From an uncultured Verrucomicrobiae bacterium (lineage in GTDB: Bacteria > Verrucomicrobiota > Verrucomicrobiia > Limisphaerales > Palsa-1400), in assembly GCA_963764165.1 (NCBI GenBank), contig CAVXRD010000001.1:1088001-1152000 (forward strand): DNA of 64,000 nucleotides, given 5' to 3'. Shown here piece by piece: positions 36,287 through 45,900 of this stretch. The notes beneath the pieces are model-generated. The model was not told the DNA's origin, searched no databases, and saw only the letters and a list, made by a program, of their open reading frames with translations. Position 1 is the first letter of the stretch; the number at the start of each line of letters is the position of its first letter. Both the position numbers and the translations under genes were made by a program.

Positions 36287-37834
36287 ATGCCTGAACCCCT
36301 TAGCATTCTGCTGGCCGAAGACGACGATAGCGATGCCGCTTTAATTGTCCTGGAAATAAAACGCTCCGGGTTTGATCCCTCCGTGCGCCGCGTTCAGACC
36401 GAAGCCGAGTTTGCCAGCGGCCTGAAAACTCCCATCGACGCCGTCCTCGTGGATTATGCCATGCCGAGTTTCGAGGGAATTCGCGCCTTGGAAATGTTCA
36501 AAGAAAGCGGATTGGAAATTCCCTTCATTCTGATCTCCGGCACCATCGGCGAAGAACGCGCGGTCGAGGTCATGAAATTGGGCGCCACCGACTACATTCT
36601 GAAAGACCGCCTCGGCCGGCTCGGAATTGCCATGCGCCAGTCGCAGCAGAAATTCAAGGAGCACAAGCAGCGCCTCCAGATGGAGCGCCAATTCATAGAA
36701 GCGCAAAAAATGGAGGTGGTCGGGCAGCTGGCCAGCGGCGTCGCGCACGACTTTAACAATCTTATCGGCGTCATTCTCGGCTGCACGGACTTGATGAGCA
36801 TGAAGCTCAGCCCGGAGCATGAATTGCGGGGTTTTGTTGACACAATCCATGCTTCCGCGGAAAGAGCGGCGGGCCTGACGAAACAGCTTTTGATCTTCAG
36901 CCGAAACGAGACGGTGCGCCCGGTTGTGCTTAACATCAACGACGCCATCAAGGATTTGGACAAAGTGCTGCACCGGTTGATTGGCGAAAATGTGGAGTTG
37001 GAAATCCGGCGCGGGGCGGAGATCGGACATGTCAAGGCAGACACGGGCTACGTTGGGCAAGTCTTGATGAACCTGGTCGTCAATGCGAGGGACGCCATGC
37101 CAAACGGCGGCAAACTCACCATTGCGACCGCAAACGTGGAGGTCGGCGAAAAGCCCGGGAACGGGCTGGACGGCGCCCCGCCCGGCCGCTGTGTCATGTT
37201 GAGCGTTGCCGACACAGGCACCGGGATGACCGAGGTTGTCAAACAGAACTTATTCAAAGCCTTTTTTACAACAAAGCCAAAAGGCAAAGGCACCGGCCTG
37301 GGCCTGACCACCTGCCAAAGCATTATGCAGCAAATGGGCGGCTATATCGGCGTCGAAAGCGAGCCTGGCAGAGGGACGACTTTCAAAGTCCTCTTTCCGT
37401 GCGTCGATGCAAAACCGGATTCGAGGCCATCAAAAATTTCCACCGGCGATACTCCGCGCGGGACGGAATCTGTGCTGGTGGTTGAAGACGATCCCTCCCT
37501 GCGAAAACTGGCGTGCCAGGCTCTGGAGTGCCAAGGTTACAAAGTGATTTCCGCCGCCAACGGGAGGGACGCGCTGCACAGCGTCCGAAATCACCAAGGG
37601 CCCCCCATCCGCCTGGTCATCACCGATGTCATCATGCCGCTGATGAGCGGCAAAGTCATGGCCGAATGGCTGAAAGCCTCATATCCCGACCTCAAGGTGC
37701 TCTTCACTTCCGGTTATATGGATGACACAGTAAACTCCGAAGGCGTTCCTTCGGCGGGCGTGGACTTTCTCCCGAAGCCCTTTACGCCACGCGGACTGGC
37801 CACCAAGGTGCGGGAAATGCTCGACACTCAGTGA
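36287..37834 (+). CDS. Hybrid histidine kinase (REC-HisKA-HATPase-REC)
   Basis: GVAHDFNN, NLVVNARDAM, GTGLGL; receiver domains at both ends. Confidence 0.93.
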   Translation: MPEPLSILLAEDDDSDAALIVLEIKRSGFDPSVRRVQTEAEFASGLKTPIDAVLVDYAMPSFEGIRALEMFKESGLEIPFILISGTIGEERAVEVMKLGATDYILKDRLGRLGIAMRQSQQKFKEHKQRLQMERQFIEAQKMEVVGQLASGVAHDFNNLIGVILGCTDLMSMKLSPEHELRGFVDTIHASAERAAGLTKQLLIFSRNETVRPVVLNINDAIKDLDKVLHRLIGENVELEIRRGAEIGHVKADTGYVGQVLMNLVVNARDAMPNGGKLTIATANVEVGEKPGNGLDGAPPGRCVMLSVADTGTGMTEVVKQNLFKAFFTTKPKGKGTGLGLTTCQSIMQQMGGYIGVESEPGRGTTFKVLFPCVDAKPDSRPSKISTGDTPRGTESVLVVEDDPSLRKLACQALECQGYKVISAANGRDALHSVRNHQGPPIRLVITDVIMPLMSGKVMAEWLKASYPDLKVLFTSGYMDDTVNSEGVPSAGVDFLPKPFTPRGLATKVREMLDTQ

Positions 37835-38439
37835 TGAGAAAGTTCGTTCCGCTTTGTTTTGGCGCCGCCTGGCTCATAACGATTTCCACCGGCCTCGCAT
37901 TCCTGGCAGAATACGAGAACACGCCGGGGCCGCGAATCGAAGCCCCCTTGCGCTGGCCGATTTCAACCGCGGTCACATTCTCGCAAAAGCATCCGACGCT
38001 CGTCATGTTCGCGCATCCCCGGTGCCCCTGCACGCGCTCGAGCATCAACGAATTGTCCATGTTGATGGCTGATTGCCAAAACCGAGTCGACGCGACCGTG
38101 CTGTTCTTTCAACCATCAAGCAGCAACGCCAATTGGTCGCGCACGGATCTTTGGCGGAGCGCCGCGGCGATTCCAGGCGTCACCGCGCGGGCGGATATCG
38201 ATGGGCAGGAAGCAAAACTTTTCCACGCCACGACTTCCGGGAATGTGATACTGTTCAATGCCGCCGGGGAAATGGTCTTCAACGGCGGCATCACTGGCTC
38301 GCGCGGCCATGAAGGCGACAACGACGGACGCGCCGCCCTGACGAGCCTGCTTTTATATGACAAAACAATTGGAGCGGAAACTCCCGTCTTTGGCTGCTCG
38401 CTCACCGACCCGGGGCGCGCTTGCCCGGCTACTCCGTAA
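37831..38439 (+). CDS. Exported thioredoxin-fold protein (RedB-like) with HPRCPC motif
   Basis: N-terminal signal/TM segment, LVMFAHPRCPCTR, and C-terminal PVFGC. Confidence 0.7.
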   Translation: MMRKFVPLCFGAAWLITISTGLAFLAEYENTPGPRIEAPLRWPISTAVTFSQKHPTLVMFAHPRCPCTRSSINELSMLMADCQNRVDATVLFFQPSSSNANWSRTDLWRSAAAIPGVTARADIDGQEAKLFHATTSGNVILFNAAGEMVFNGGITGSRGHEGDNDGRAALTSLLLYDKTIGAETPVFGCSLTDPGRACPATP

Positions 38440-38451
38440 TTTCAGCACCCG

Positions 38452-40698
38452 GTGAATTTAAATTTGACACAAGGCATCCCCCAGCAGGGGCGGGCCAGCG
38501 AGCTTTTTCGCGAGGAATTGCAGGCGAACCATGTTCGGACTGATCGCCGGTTTGCGTGGCTCATGTTGTTTCAATGGCTGGCTGGAATCACAGCGGCGTT
38601 GGTGATCTCGCCAAAAGCCTGGGAAGGAACCGCCAGCCGCACGCACATGCATGTGTGGGCCGCGATTTTTCTCGGAGGTGCCATCTCCAGTTTTCCGATT
38701 TTCATGGCGTTGACACGCCCGGGGACGAGACTCACCCGCCATGCCATTGCCATCGGGCAAATGTTGAGTTGCGGCTTATTTATTCATTTGACTGGCGGGA
38801 GAATAGAATCGCATTTCCAATATTTTGGGTCCCTGGCTTTTCTCGCTTTCTATCGCGATTGGCGCGTGCTCGCCACCGCGAGCCTGGTGGCGGGCTTGGA
38901 TCATTTCCTGCGCGGCATATTTTGGCCGCAATCCATTTTCGGCGTGCTGGCCGCCTCGCCTTGGCGCTGGCTGGAGCATGTCGGATGGGTGGTCTTCGAG
39001 GACGTATTTCTGCTCCTCGCCATCAGGCAAAGCTTGGACCAGGTGATGGGCCTGGCCGCGCGGCAGGCGGAGCTGGAAGCGATGAATGAAGTCGTCGAGC
39101 GCAAGGTGGAAGACCGCACGCGCGAATTGCGAGACGAAATCGCCGTTCGCGCCCGCGCCGAGGAGTCGTTGCGCCTGCTTCAATCTGCCGTGGAGCAATC
39201 CAAGGAATCCATCCTCATAACCGAAGCCGACCTCAATTTGCCCGGCCCAAAAATTGTTTTCGTCAATCCGGCCTTTACACAACTCACCGGCTACTCGGCG
39301 GCGGAAGCGCTTGGCAAGACTCCCAGGATCCTCCAAGGGCCGCGCACGAACAGGGCTGTTCTTGACCGGCTGCGAAAAAATCTGGCCGCTGGCGGCGTGT
39401 TCTCCGGCGAAACCATCAACTACAGGAAAGACGGGACGGAATTCGAGCTGGAATGGCAGATTGCGCCTATTCGCAATGGCCAGGGAGTTGTCACGCACTA
39501 TGTGGCGATCCAGCGAGACATTACGGAGCGCAAACGGTTTGAATCGCAGTTGCTCCGGTCCCAGAAAATGGAAACCGTCGGCCAATTGGTCGGAGGGATC
39601 GCGCACGAATTCAACAGCATCCTGACCGCCATCATGGGCCAGTGCGAGCTCATCCAGCTTGACTTGCCGGCCGACAGTTCCTCCGCCCATGGCGCGCGCG
39701 AAATCAATCAGGCCGCCGGCCGCGCCGCCGCGCTGACCCGGCAACTGCTGGCTTACGGCCGCAAACAAATGCTGCGGCCCGAGCCCATTGATCTTAATAA
39801 TATTCTCCTCAATATGAGGGGCGTCCTAAATCTCATCATGGGTCCCGAGATATCGCCTCTCCTCGTTTGCGCTCCAGACTTGCCACTGGTGATGGCCGAT
39901 TCCGGACAGGTCGAACAAGTCATCATGAACATGCTGATCAACGCCCGCGATGCGATGCCCAACGGCGGCAAGCTCACTCTGGAAACGGCTCCGGTCTCAT
40001 TCGACGAGGACAGCGTCGGCCGCAACCCCGAATTGAAGCCCGGCCATTATGTCATGCTCGCCATCACCGACACCGGAACAGGCATGAGCGACCATGTGAA
40101 GGCGCATCTTTTTGAGCCATTCTTTACCACCAAGGGGGTGGGGGAAGGCACCGGGCTGGGATTGTCGACCTGTTACGGCATAGTCAAACAAACGGGTGGC
40201 CATATTAGCGCCTACAGCGAATCCGGGCGCGGCACGGCTTTCAAGGTCTATCTTCCGCAAGCGCCATCGGCAAGGCCGGATGCCTCCCGTCAAACGGCCG
40301 CGCAGGGCGCCTTGCCGGGAGGCACGGAAACCATCCTGCTGGTTGAGGACGATCCCGCGCTGAGGGACATGGAGGAATCCTTGCTCAAGCGCCTGGGTTA
40401 CAAAGTCTGGACGGCGGGGAACGGCGTCGAGGCGCTGAATTTGAAACAGCGCAGCGAAGTCGGCCACATTGATTTGCTATTCACCGACGTGGTGATGCCG
40501 CACATGAGCGGCAAAGAACTGGCGGATCGGTTTCGATCGTTGAATCCGCGGACAAAAATCCTCTTCACCTCGGCCTATACCGAAAGAGCAGGCATCCAAC
40601 AGGGGTTTATGGACGAAAACACATCCCTTCTCCAAAAGCCATTCACTCCCTCCGCCCTCGCCCGGAAACTGCGGGAGACGCTGGATCATCACCCATGA
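38452..40698 (+). CDS. Membrane-bound hybrid histidine kinase (TM sensor, PAS, HisKA, HATPase, REC)
   Basis: His-rich TM region (IHLTGGRIESHF), GIAHEFN, GTGLGL, and a receiver domain. Confidence 0.92.
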   Translation: MNLNLTQGIPQQGRASELFREELQANHVRTDRRFAWLMLFQWLAGITAALVISPKAWEGTASRTHMHVWAAIFLGGAISSFPIFMALTRPGTRLTRHAIAIGQMLSCGLFIHLTGGRIESHFQYFGSLAFLAFYRDWRVLATASLVAGLDHFLRGIFWPQSIFGVLAASPWRWLEHVGWVVFEDVFLLLAIRQSLDQVMGLAARQAELEAMNEVVERKVEDRTRELRDEIAVRARAEESLRLLQSAVEQSKESILITEADLNLPGPKIVFVNPAFTQLTGYSAAEALGKTPRILQGPRTNRAVLDRLRKNLAAGGVFSGETINYRKDGTEFELEWQIAPIRNGQGVVTHYVAIQRDITERKRFESQLLRSQKMETVGQLVGGIAHEFNSILTAIMGQCELIQLDLPADSSSAHGAREINQAAGRAAALTRQLLAYGRKQMLRPEPIDLNNILLNMRGVLNLIMGPEISPLLVCAPDLPLVMADSGQVEQVIMNMLINARDAMPNGGKLTLETAPVSFDEDSVGRNPELKPGHYVMLAITDTGTGMSDHVKAHLFEPFFTTKGVGEGTGLGLSTCYGIVKQTGGHISAYSESGRGTAFKVYLPQAPSARPDASRQTAAQGALPGGTETILLVEDDPALRDMEESLLKRLGYKVWTAGNGVEALNLKQRSEVGHIDLLFTDVVMPHMSGKELADRFRSLNPRTKILFTSAYTERAGIQQGFMDENTSLLQKPFTPSALARKLRETLDHHP

Positions 40699-40823
40699 GA
40701 GAGGGCCGCCGCTGGTTTTTACTTTACAAGCATCCCTTCCATTGCTCTAAGCTGCCTGGCTGAAAGTGCTTGTTCCGCAGAGCGGCTGTTTTCAAGCCAT
40801 TCGGCGAATGAACGAATATCCAG

Positions 40824-41291
40824 ATGAAAGCTAAATTGACCCTTTGCGCGGCAGCCGCCGCTTTGTTGGCGGGCTGCCAGGTTGAGGTGGCGCCGGTTGG
40901 CGTGGCTGTGGCACCCGTGCCCGTGGTGGAAGTTGTCCCGACGATTTATGTTTGGGATGGCGTTGAGTACGTCGGCGATTACAACGGGCAGTTTATGTAT
41001 TTTGGCCCGGGTGGAGCGTGGGTGGTTTGCGATCCGATTGTGCTAGGCCGGTTTCACGACTGGGAGCGCTACCACTCCGACTGGCGTGTGCATGCCATCC
41101 GCAATGACCGTGAACATCGCCTGGATCGCGACCATCATCCGGAGGGTTTTAAGGGGCCGGCCCGCGATTCTCGGGTGCCCGAGCAGGCAAGAAGGGACTC
41201 GGCTCAAAAAACACCCGCGCCCGCCAAAAAAGCTCCGGCGCCCGCGAAGAAAGCACCTCCGCCCCGGAAGAAGGAAGAGAAACCGAACTAA
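40824..41291 (+). CDS. Lipoprotein with low-complexity basic tail
   Basis: Lipobox LLAGC; PAKKAP repeats. Confidence 0.75.
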   Translation: MKAKLTLCAAAAALLAGCQVEVAPVGVAVAPVPVVEVVPTIYVWDGVEYVGDYNGQFMYFGPGGAWVVCDPIVLGRFHDWERYHSDWRVHAIRNDREHRLDRDHHPEGFKGPARDSRVPEQARRDSAQKTPAPAKKAPAPAKKAPPPRKKEEKPN

Positions 41292-41512
41292 CCGCAAGCG
41301 AGCCCTTCCGCCGGGGACGGAAAACGTCATTTCGCGGCACCAGGGGCTGCCTGCCTTTGGATCGATCAATATTATGCAAAGCCCGAGCTGAATGAAGAAT
41401 CTGAACGCCGCCGCCGCACTTGGCATGTGCTTGGTCCCATCATTTTCAGGGGGAAGCTTTCAGGCCGCCCGCTGAGGCTGGATTTGAAGGTCAATAACCT
41501 GGTGTTGGTGGA

Positions 41513-42853
41513 TCATAACGCCGAGCACGGGGCGAGGATGGCCGTGCTCATGCCGTGGATAATCTTCTTGTCAGGCGGGCAGATGGTGGCCAGCACGCCG
41601 GAAAGAGTGGCCCGCGCCGCGTCCCCCTGGCCATGCACAAAATAATACGGGCACAGGCGCACCCGGCCCGGCATGTCTGTCAGCTTGCCGGCGTCAAAAT
41701 CGTACCACTGCGACTTATGCACCCCGGGCTTGTGATAGCGCTGCAAGACATGGGGAGAAGTTCCTGAAATCGCGATCGCGGAATCAACCGCCACCGACCA
41801 ATCCGCCGTCGGCAAATCGCTGCCGAGAAAAACGCCACGCGCGCCCCATGCCTTTTCCGAGAAGCCGGAGATTTTCAAGATCAACTCCCGCTCGCGCTGC
41901 GAAAGCGCCTTCAACTGCTGCCAATCTGTCAAGTCCAACTCCGGTATGGCGCCCTGCGGCGGCAGCGGCGACGGGTCAACCATCCAAGTGTAAGGCGACA
42001 TGCTTTGCAACTGGGTCAGAAATCGTTCGCCCAATTCCTGCCGCCAGAAACTGCGGAGATTCCGATTCCACAATAGCGCAAACAGCATTTTCTCCTCAAA
42101 GATTGGCTTCGGCGGCGAGGTCAACTGAATCCGCTTCAGCAGGGCGAGTTCCAAAATCGTGCTGGCATTGGGAATGTTCGGCAGGTCGAACAATTCGAAA
42201 AAGCGGTACACGGCGTCGCCGTTTTTGAAATCAGTGAAATGCGCGTCGCGAATGTTGAAACGGCCGCCCAATTGCGCCGCCACCCATTCCATTTCCGGCC
42301 GGTACGTCTGCGCTTCCTCCGAGACAACGATATGCACATTCGGCGCGTCGTCAAAAATCCCGGCGAATCCACGCAGCATGCCATCCGCCCCGCCGATGAG
42401 CGTGGAGGAGCCCTCCTTCATCGCCGCATACGTCTGGTTCAGCCATGCCGTCACGCCGATGCCGCCGGGGACGCTGTCAAGCTCCGTGATGCGCGGGCCG
42501 GTTTCTGTCAAAATAATATCGGGCCGGATGACGCGCGGCATCTCGTTCTTCAACGCCGCGTTGCGCTGGATGTCCAGGAGTGAGGATGGTTTGCCGCGAT
42601 CCAGCCATTCGGCGACCCAGCCCGGCTGCTTTCCCAAGAGGCTTTGGCGATAGAGCAGATTAACGCAGCGATTAAATTGGAGCAGCAGCCGGCCGAGATT
42701 CTGAAGCTGTTCGGCCAAATCCGGCCCGAGCGGAAACGGAACCGGTGAAACCCGCCAATCCTGCCCTGAAAACAATCCGCCGCCTGGCATGCGTTCACGC
42801 ACAAAGCGGGCCTGCCGCGCCAATACTTCCGCCGCCGGGGTTGATTCTGTCAT
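41513..42853 (-). CDS. Putative ATP-grasp ligase (glutathionylspermidine synthase/circularly permuted type)
   Basis: IRPDI...ITELDSVPGG, EEK, LILK...WGARGV, LQRY, RLCPYYF. Confidence 0.6.
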   Translation of the reverse strand: MTESTPAAEVLARQARFVRERMPGGGLFSGQDWRVSPVPFPLGPDLAEQLQNLGRLLLQFNRCVNLLYRQSLLGKQPGWVAEWLDRGKPSSLLDIQRNAALKNEMPRVIRPDIILTETGPRITELDSVPGGIGVTAWLNQTYAAMKEGSSTLIGGADGMLRGFAGIFDDAPNVHIVVSEEAQTYRPEMEWVAAQLGGRFNIRDAHFTDFKNGDAVYRFFELFDLPNIPNASTILELALLKRIQLTSPPKPIFEEKMLFALLWNRNLRSFWRQELGERFLTQLQSMSPYTWMVDPSPLPPQGAIPELDLTDWQQLKALSQRERELILKISGFSEKAWGARGVFLGSDLPTADWSVAVDSAIAISGTSPHVLQRYHKPGVHKSQWYDFDAGKLTDMPGRVRLCPYYFVHGQGDAARATLSGVLATICPPDKKIIHGMSTAILAPCSAL

Positions 42854-42859
42854 CGGTGA

Positions 42860-44146
42860 TTAAGTGCGCAGTTGGCCATCGCCAAAACCAAGCCATTTGT
42901 ATGTGGTCAGCTCTTCGAGCCCCATCGGGCCGCGCGCGCCGATCTTGTCCGTGCTGATGCCGATTTCAGCGCCCATGCCGAACTCCCCGCCGTCGGTAAA
43001 GCGGGTGGAAGCGTTCCAATACACCGCCGCCGAATCGACCCGCGCCATGAACTCGCGCGCCGCGCGCTCGCTGCGGGTCACAATGCTGTCCGAGTGGGAG
43101 GACCCGTAATGATTAATATGGTCAATGGCCTGCGCCACATCGTCCACCACGCGAACATTTAAAATGTAATCGTTATACTCTGTAAAGAAATCCTGCTCGC
43201 CAGCCAGCTTCATAACTCCCGTCGGCCTCACCTCCCCAGACGCGAATGCTTTCAGCGCTTCCGCGTCCGCCCGGATTTGCACATTCTTCCCGTTCATTCT
43301 CCTTAGCAGCGCCGGAAGAAAAACGCCCGCAACCGCGCGATTCACCAGCAGGGTCTCCATCGCGTTGCACACGCCGGGGCGCTGGCATTTGGCGTTGAAG
43401 GCAATTTCCTCCGCCATGTTCAAATCGGCCTCGCTATCAACATAAACGTGGCACACGCCCTTGTAATGTTTGATGACGGGAACCTTCGAACATTCGGCAA
43501 CGGCGCGAATCAAACCCTCGCCGCCCCGCGGCATGCAAAGGTCGACGTATTGCGTCAACGATAACAAAATCTTGATGGCTTCGCGCTCCGTTGTCGGGAC
43601 GACCTGGATCGCGTCTGCCGGAAAGCAAGGCAAACAGCGCGACGCGGCGGTGATCATCGTGTGGGCGATGGCTTGATTGGAGTGCAGCGCCTCGCGGCCG
43701 CCGCGCAAAATGGTGGCGTTGCCGGATTTGAAACAAAGGCTGGCGGCATCGGCCGTGACGTTGGGGCGCGATTCGTAAATGATGACCACGACCCCGATGG
43801 GTGTGGAAATTTTTTGCAGGCGCAAGCCGTTGGGCCGGGTGCGTTCGTCGAGGATGCGCCCGACCGGGTCCGGGAGTGCCGCTACTTCGCGCAGGCCGCG
43901 CGCCATGCCCGCGACACGTTTGTCATCGAGCTTGAGCCGATCCAGCATGGCGCTCGAAAGCCCGGCAGCGGCCGCATCCTGCATGTCGATGGCGTTGGCC
44001 TTTTGGATGGCGGCGGAGTCAGCTTCAATCGCGGCGGCCATCGCGAGCAGGCACTCGTTCTTCTGCGCGGACGTTAACTGAGCCAATCGACGCGACGCTG
44101 CCTTCGCCTGCTGGGCGAGTCGTGTCAGTTGTTCAGTCAATATCAT
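42860..44146 (-). CDS. proA: Gamma-glutamyl phosphate reductase
   Basis: IYESRPNVT, PRGG, VCNAMETLLV, NASTRFTDGGEFGMGAEIGIST, ARGPMGL. Confidence 0.97.
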   Translation of the reverse strand: MILTEQLTRLAQQAKAASRRLAQLTSAQKNECLLAMAAAIEADSAAIQKANAIDMQDAAAAGLSSAMLDRLKLDDKRVAGMARGLREVAALPDPVGRILDERTRPNGLRLQKISTPIGVVVIIYESRPNVTADAASLCFKSGNATILRGGREALHSNQAIAHTMITAASRCLPCFPADAIQVVPTTEREAIKILLSLTQYVDLCMPRGGEGLIRAVAECSKVPVIKHYKGVCHVYVDSEADLNMAEEIAFNAKCQRPGVCNAMETLLVNRAVAGVFLPALLRRMNGKNVQIRADAEALKAFASGEVRPTGVMKLAGEQDFFTEYNDYILNVRVVDDVAQAIDHINHYGSSHSDSIVTRSERAAREFMARVDSAAVYWNASTRFTDGGEFGMGAEIGISTDKIGARGPMGLEELTTYKWLGFGDGQLRT

Positions 44147-44409
44147 GGCGGCAGTTTAATGCAGAACCGGCCGGCGCGCCAGCCATCCGCTTCCTGCCTC
44201 CGGCGGGATGGAGTTAAGGGCCGGCGCGCCAAAAGCCGCCGCCAAAGGTGAGTTGGCAGGCAATGCAACATGGGCAAGCGGTTTTGGAAATCCGCTATCC
44301 AGCAAGGTTGGAAACCTGCGCCACAAAAACGGGTTCATTGGCAGCCTCGCCTTGCCAAGATTTACTGAGCTTGAACCGCGCTTGAACCGCAGCCAATTTG
44401 TCCTCGGTT

Positions 44410-44865
44410 GTGAATCAGATTCTGTTGATGGCTCATGTCGCGTGCGGCGTCGCCTGTTTGCTGGCGGCGCTTTGGGTTTTTGTCGATGTGCTGAATTTCT
44501 CCGCCGCCAACGCCGCCCGGGTTCGCAAGGCCAGCGTTCTTTCAGCCATATTCATGTGGTTGGCTTTTTTGATCGGCGGTTATTGGTATGTATTCTTTTA
44601 TCCGGCTGACAAGTCAATCATATTGACTGGCCCATGGCCCGCGGCCCATCATTTTTTCATGGAGACGAAGGAGCACCTGGTCATCCTGCTCCTCATGATC
44701 GCCACGTATCTTCCCATCGCCGCCCGCAATTGCTCGCTTGAAAGCGCCGACGCGCGGAAGTTGACTTTGTGGATCGCCGGATTGGCCGCCGTCTTGTCGC
44801 TGGCGATGGAAGGCGAAGGCGCGATCATCGCGATGGGCGTCAAAGTCGGATTGCTCGCCAAATAA
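44410..44865 (+). CDS. Hypothetical 4-TM membrane protein
   Basis: Hydrophobic segments; HHFFMETKEH motif. Confidence 0.7.
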   Translation: MNQILLMAHVACGVACLLAALWVFVDVLNFSAANAARVRKASVLSAIFMWLAFLIGGYWYVFFYPADKSIILTGPWPAAHHFFMETKEHLVILLLMIATYLPIAARNCSLESADARKLTLWIAGLAAVLSLAMEGEGAIIAMGVKVGLLAK

Positions 44866-44871
44866 AACCGC

Positions 44872-45192
44872 ATGGAAAACACGAGTCTCTCCAACTACAG
44901 CAAGTCCTTCGGCGTGGCACTCGTGACGGCCGGACTCTGCAACTCCATTCTCGTGGTGGCTAAAGAAAAATCTCCTTCAGTCTTGGCGGCGATGGCCAAA
45001 ATGACGGGACATCACTGGGTCACGCATTCGCTATTTGTCCTGTTTGTTTTTGTTTTCATGGGGTTGCTTTTGGCGCGGATGAATCGGCGGCAGGGGCCGA
45101 AATTGACCACGCAAGGTTTGATCAGCTGCGTGGCGGCGGGAGTGCTCGTTTCAGCGGCAATTATCGTCGGGTTTTATCTCGCCGGGGATTGA
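44872..45192 (+). CDS. Hypothetical 3-TM membrane protein
   Basis: Hydrophobic segments; GHHWVTH motif. Confidence 0.7.
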   Translation: MENTSLSNYSKSFGVALVTAGLCNSILVVAKEKSPSVLAAMAKMTGHHWVTHSLFVLFVFVFMGLLLARMNRRQGPKLTTQGLISCVAAGVLVSAAIIVGFYLAGD

Positions 45193-45225
45193 AATGATAA
45201 AGATCCGGTCGGAAACCGGCAAACA

Positions 45226-45708
45226 TCACGCCTGCGTGAAGGTTCCCGCCGCCTGCACCCGCGCCGCGGGCCAATCGGAGAATTTGGAGAGCGTGTCCTT
45301 GATATCGCTGGACTTTAGCGGCTTGGTCAGGAACGAGCGCGCGCCCAATTCATAAGAGCGCTGCGCCAGCGCCATCTCGCCGGAAACAGTCAGGACGACG
45401 ACCGGCACGGCGTGATGCGGCGGATGGCTTCGCATCCACTTAAGCGCCTCGAATCCGTGCATCCCAGGCATGCTTAGATCAAGAAGAATTAACATCGGAT
45501 AAGGATAAAGCACCCGGTCAGAATAACCGTGATCACCCTCCAAATAGCTGAACATCTCCTCCGCCGATTGCACGCCGTGAACGCAGATGCCCGGACACAT
45601 TGCGGATATGACGTGTTGCGCAAACCGCAAGTCGTCATGCGTGTCGTCAACGATAAGTACAGCTCCCTTATCGCCGCTCGGCAAAAAATCTGAGCGCTGC
45701 ATGTGCAT
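45226..45708 (-). CDS. Single-domain response regulator
   Basis: LIVDD, ILLDLSMP, VLTVS, FLTKP. Confidence 0.9.
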   Translation of the reverse strand: MHMQRSDFLPSGDKGAVLIVDDTHDDLRFAQHVISAMCPGICVHGVQSAEEMFSYLEGDHGYSDRVLYPYPMLILLDLSMPGMHGFEALKWMRSHPPHHAVPVVVLTVSGEMALAQRSYELGARSFLTKPLKSSDIKDTLSKFSDWPAARVQAAGTFTQA

Positions 45709-45900
45709 GTCTCTTTTTTTCTCTTTTATGAGCTATCAAAAATTAGCACGGCCTTTGGGAGCGCTTCAATCAGGCCGTTTATGGGAGAGTGTCTGCAATT
45801 TTCCCCGACCCGGCGCCTCGCGCGTTTCGCCTGAGGCGTTTTTCGTGGAATTCCCCTATGGTGAAGAACTTAGGCATGCGCTAATATCTTCGCCATCTCA

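Noticed and set aside
39250..39530. LOV photoreceptor domain
   Set aside because: The NCRFLQ motif reads TPRILQ, so the photoactive Cys is absent.
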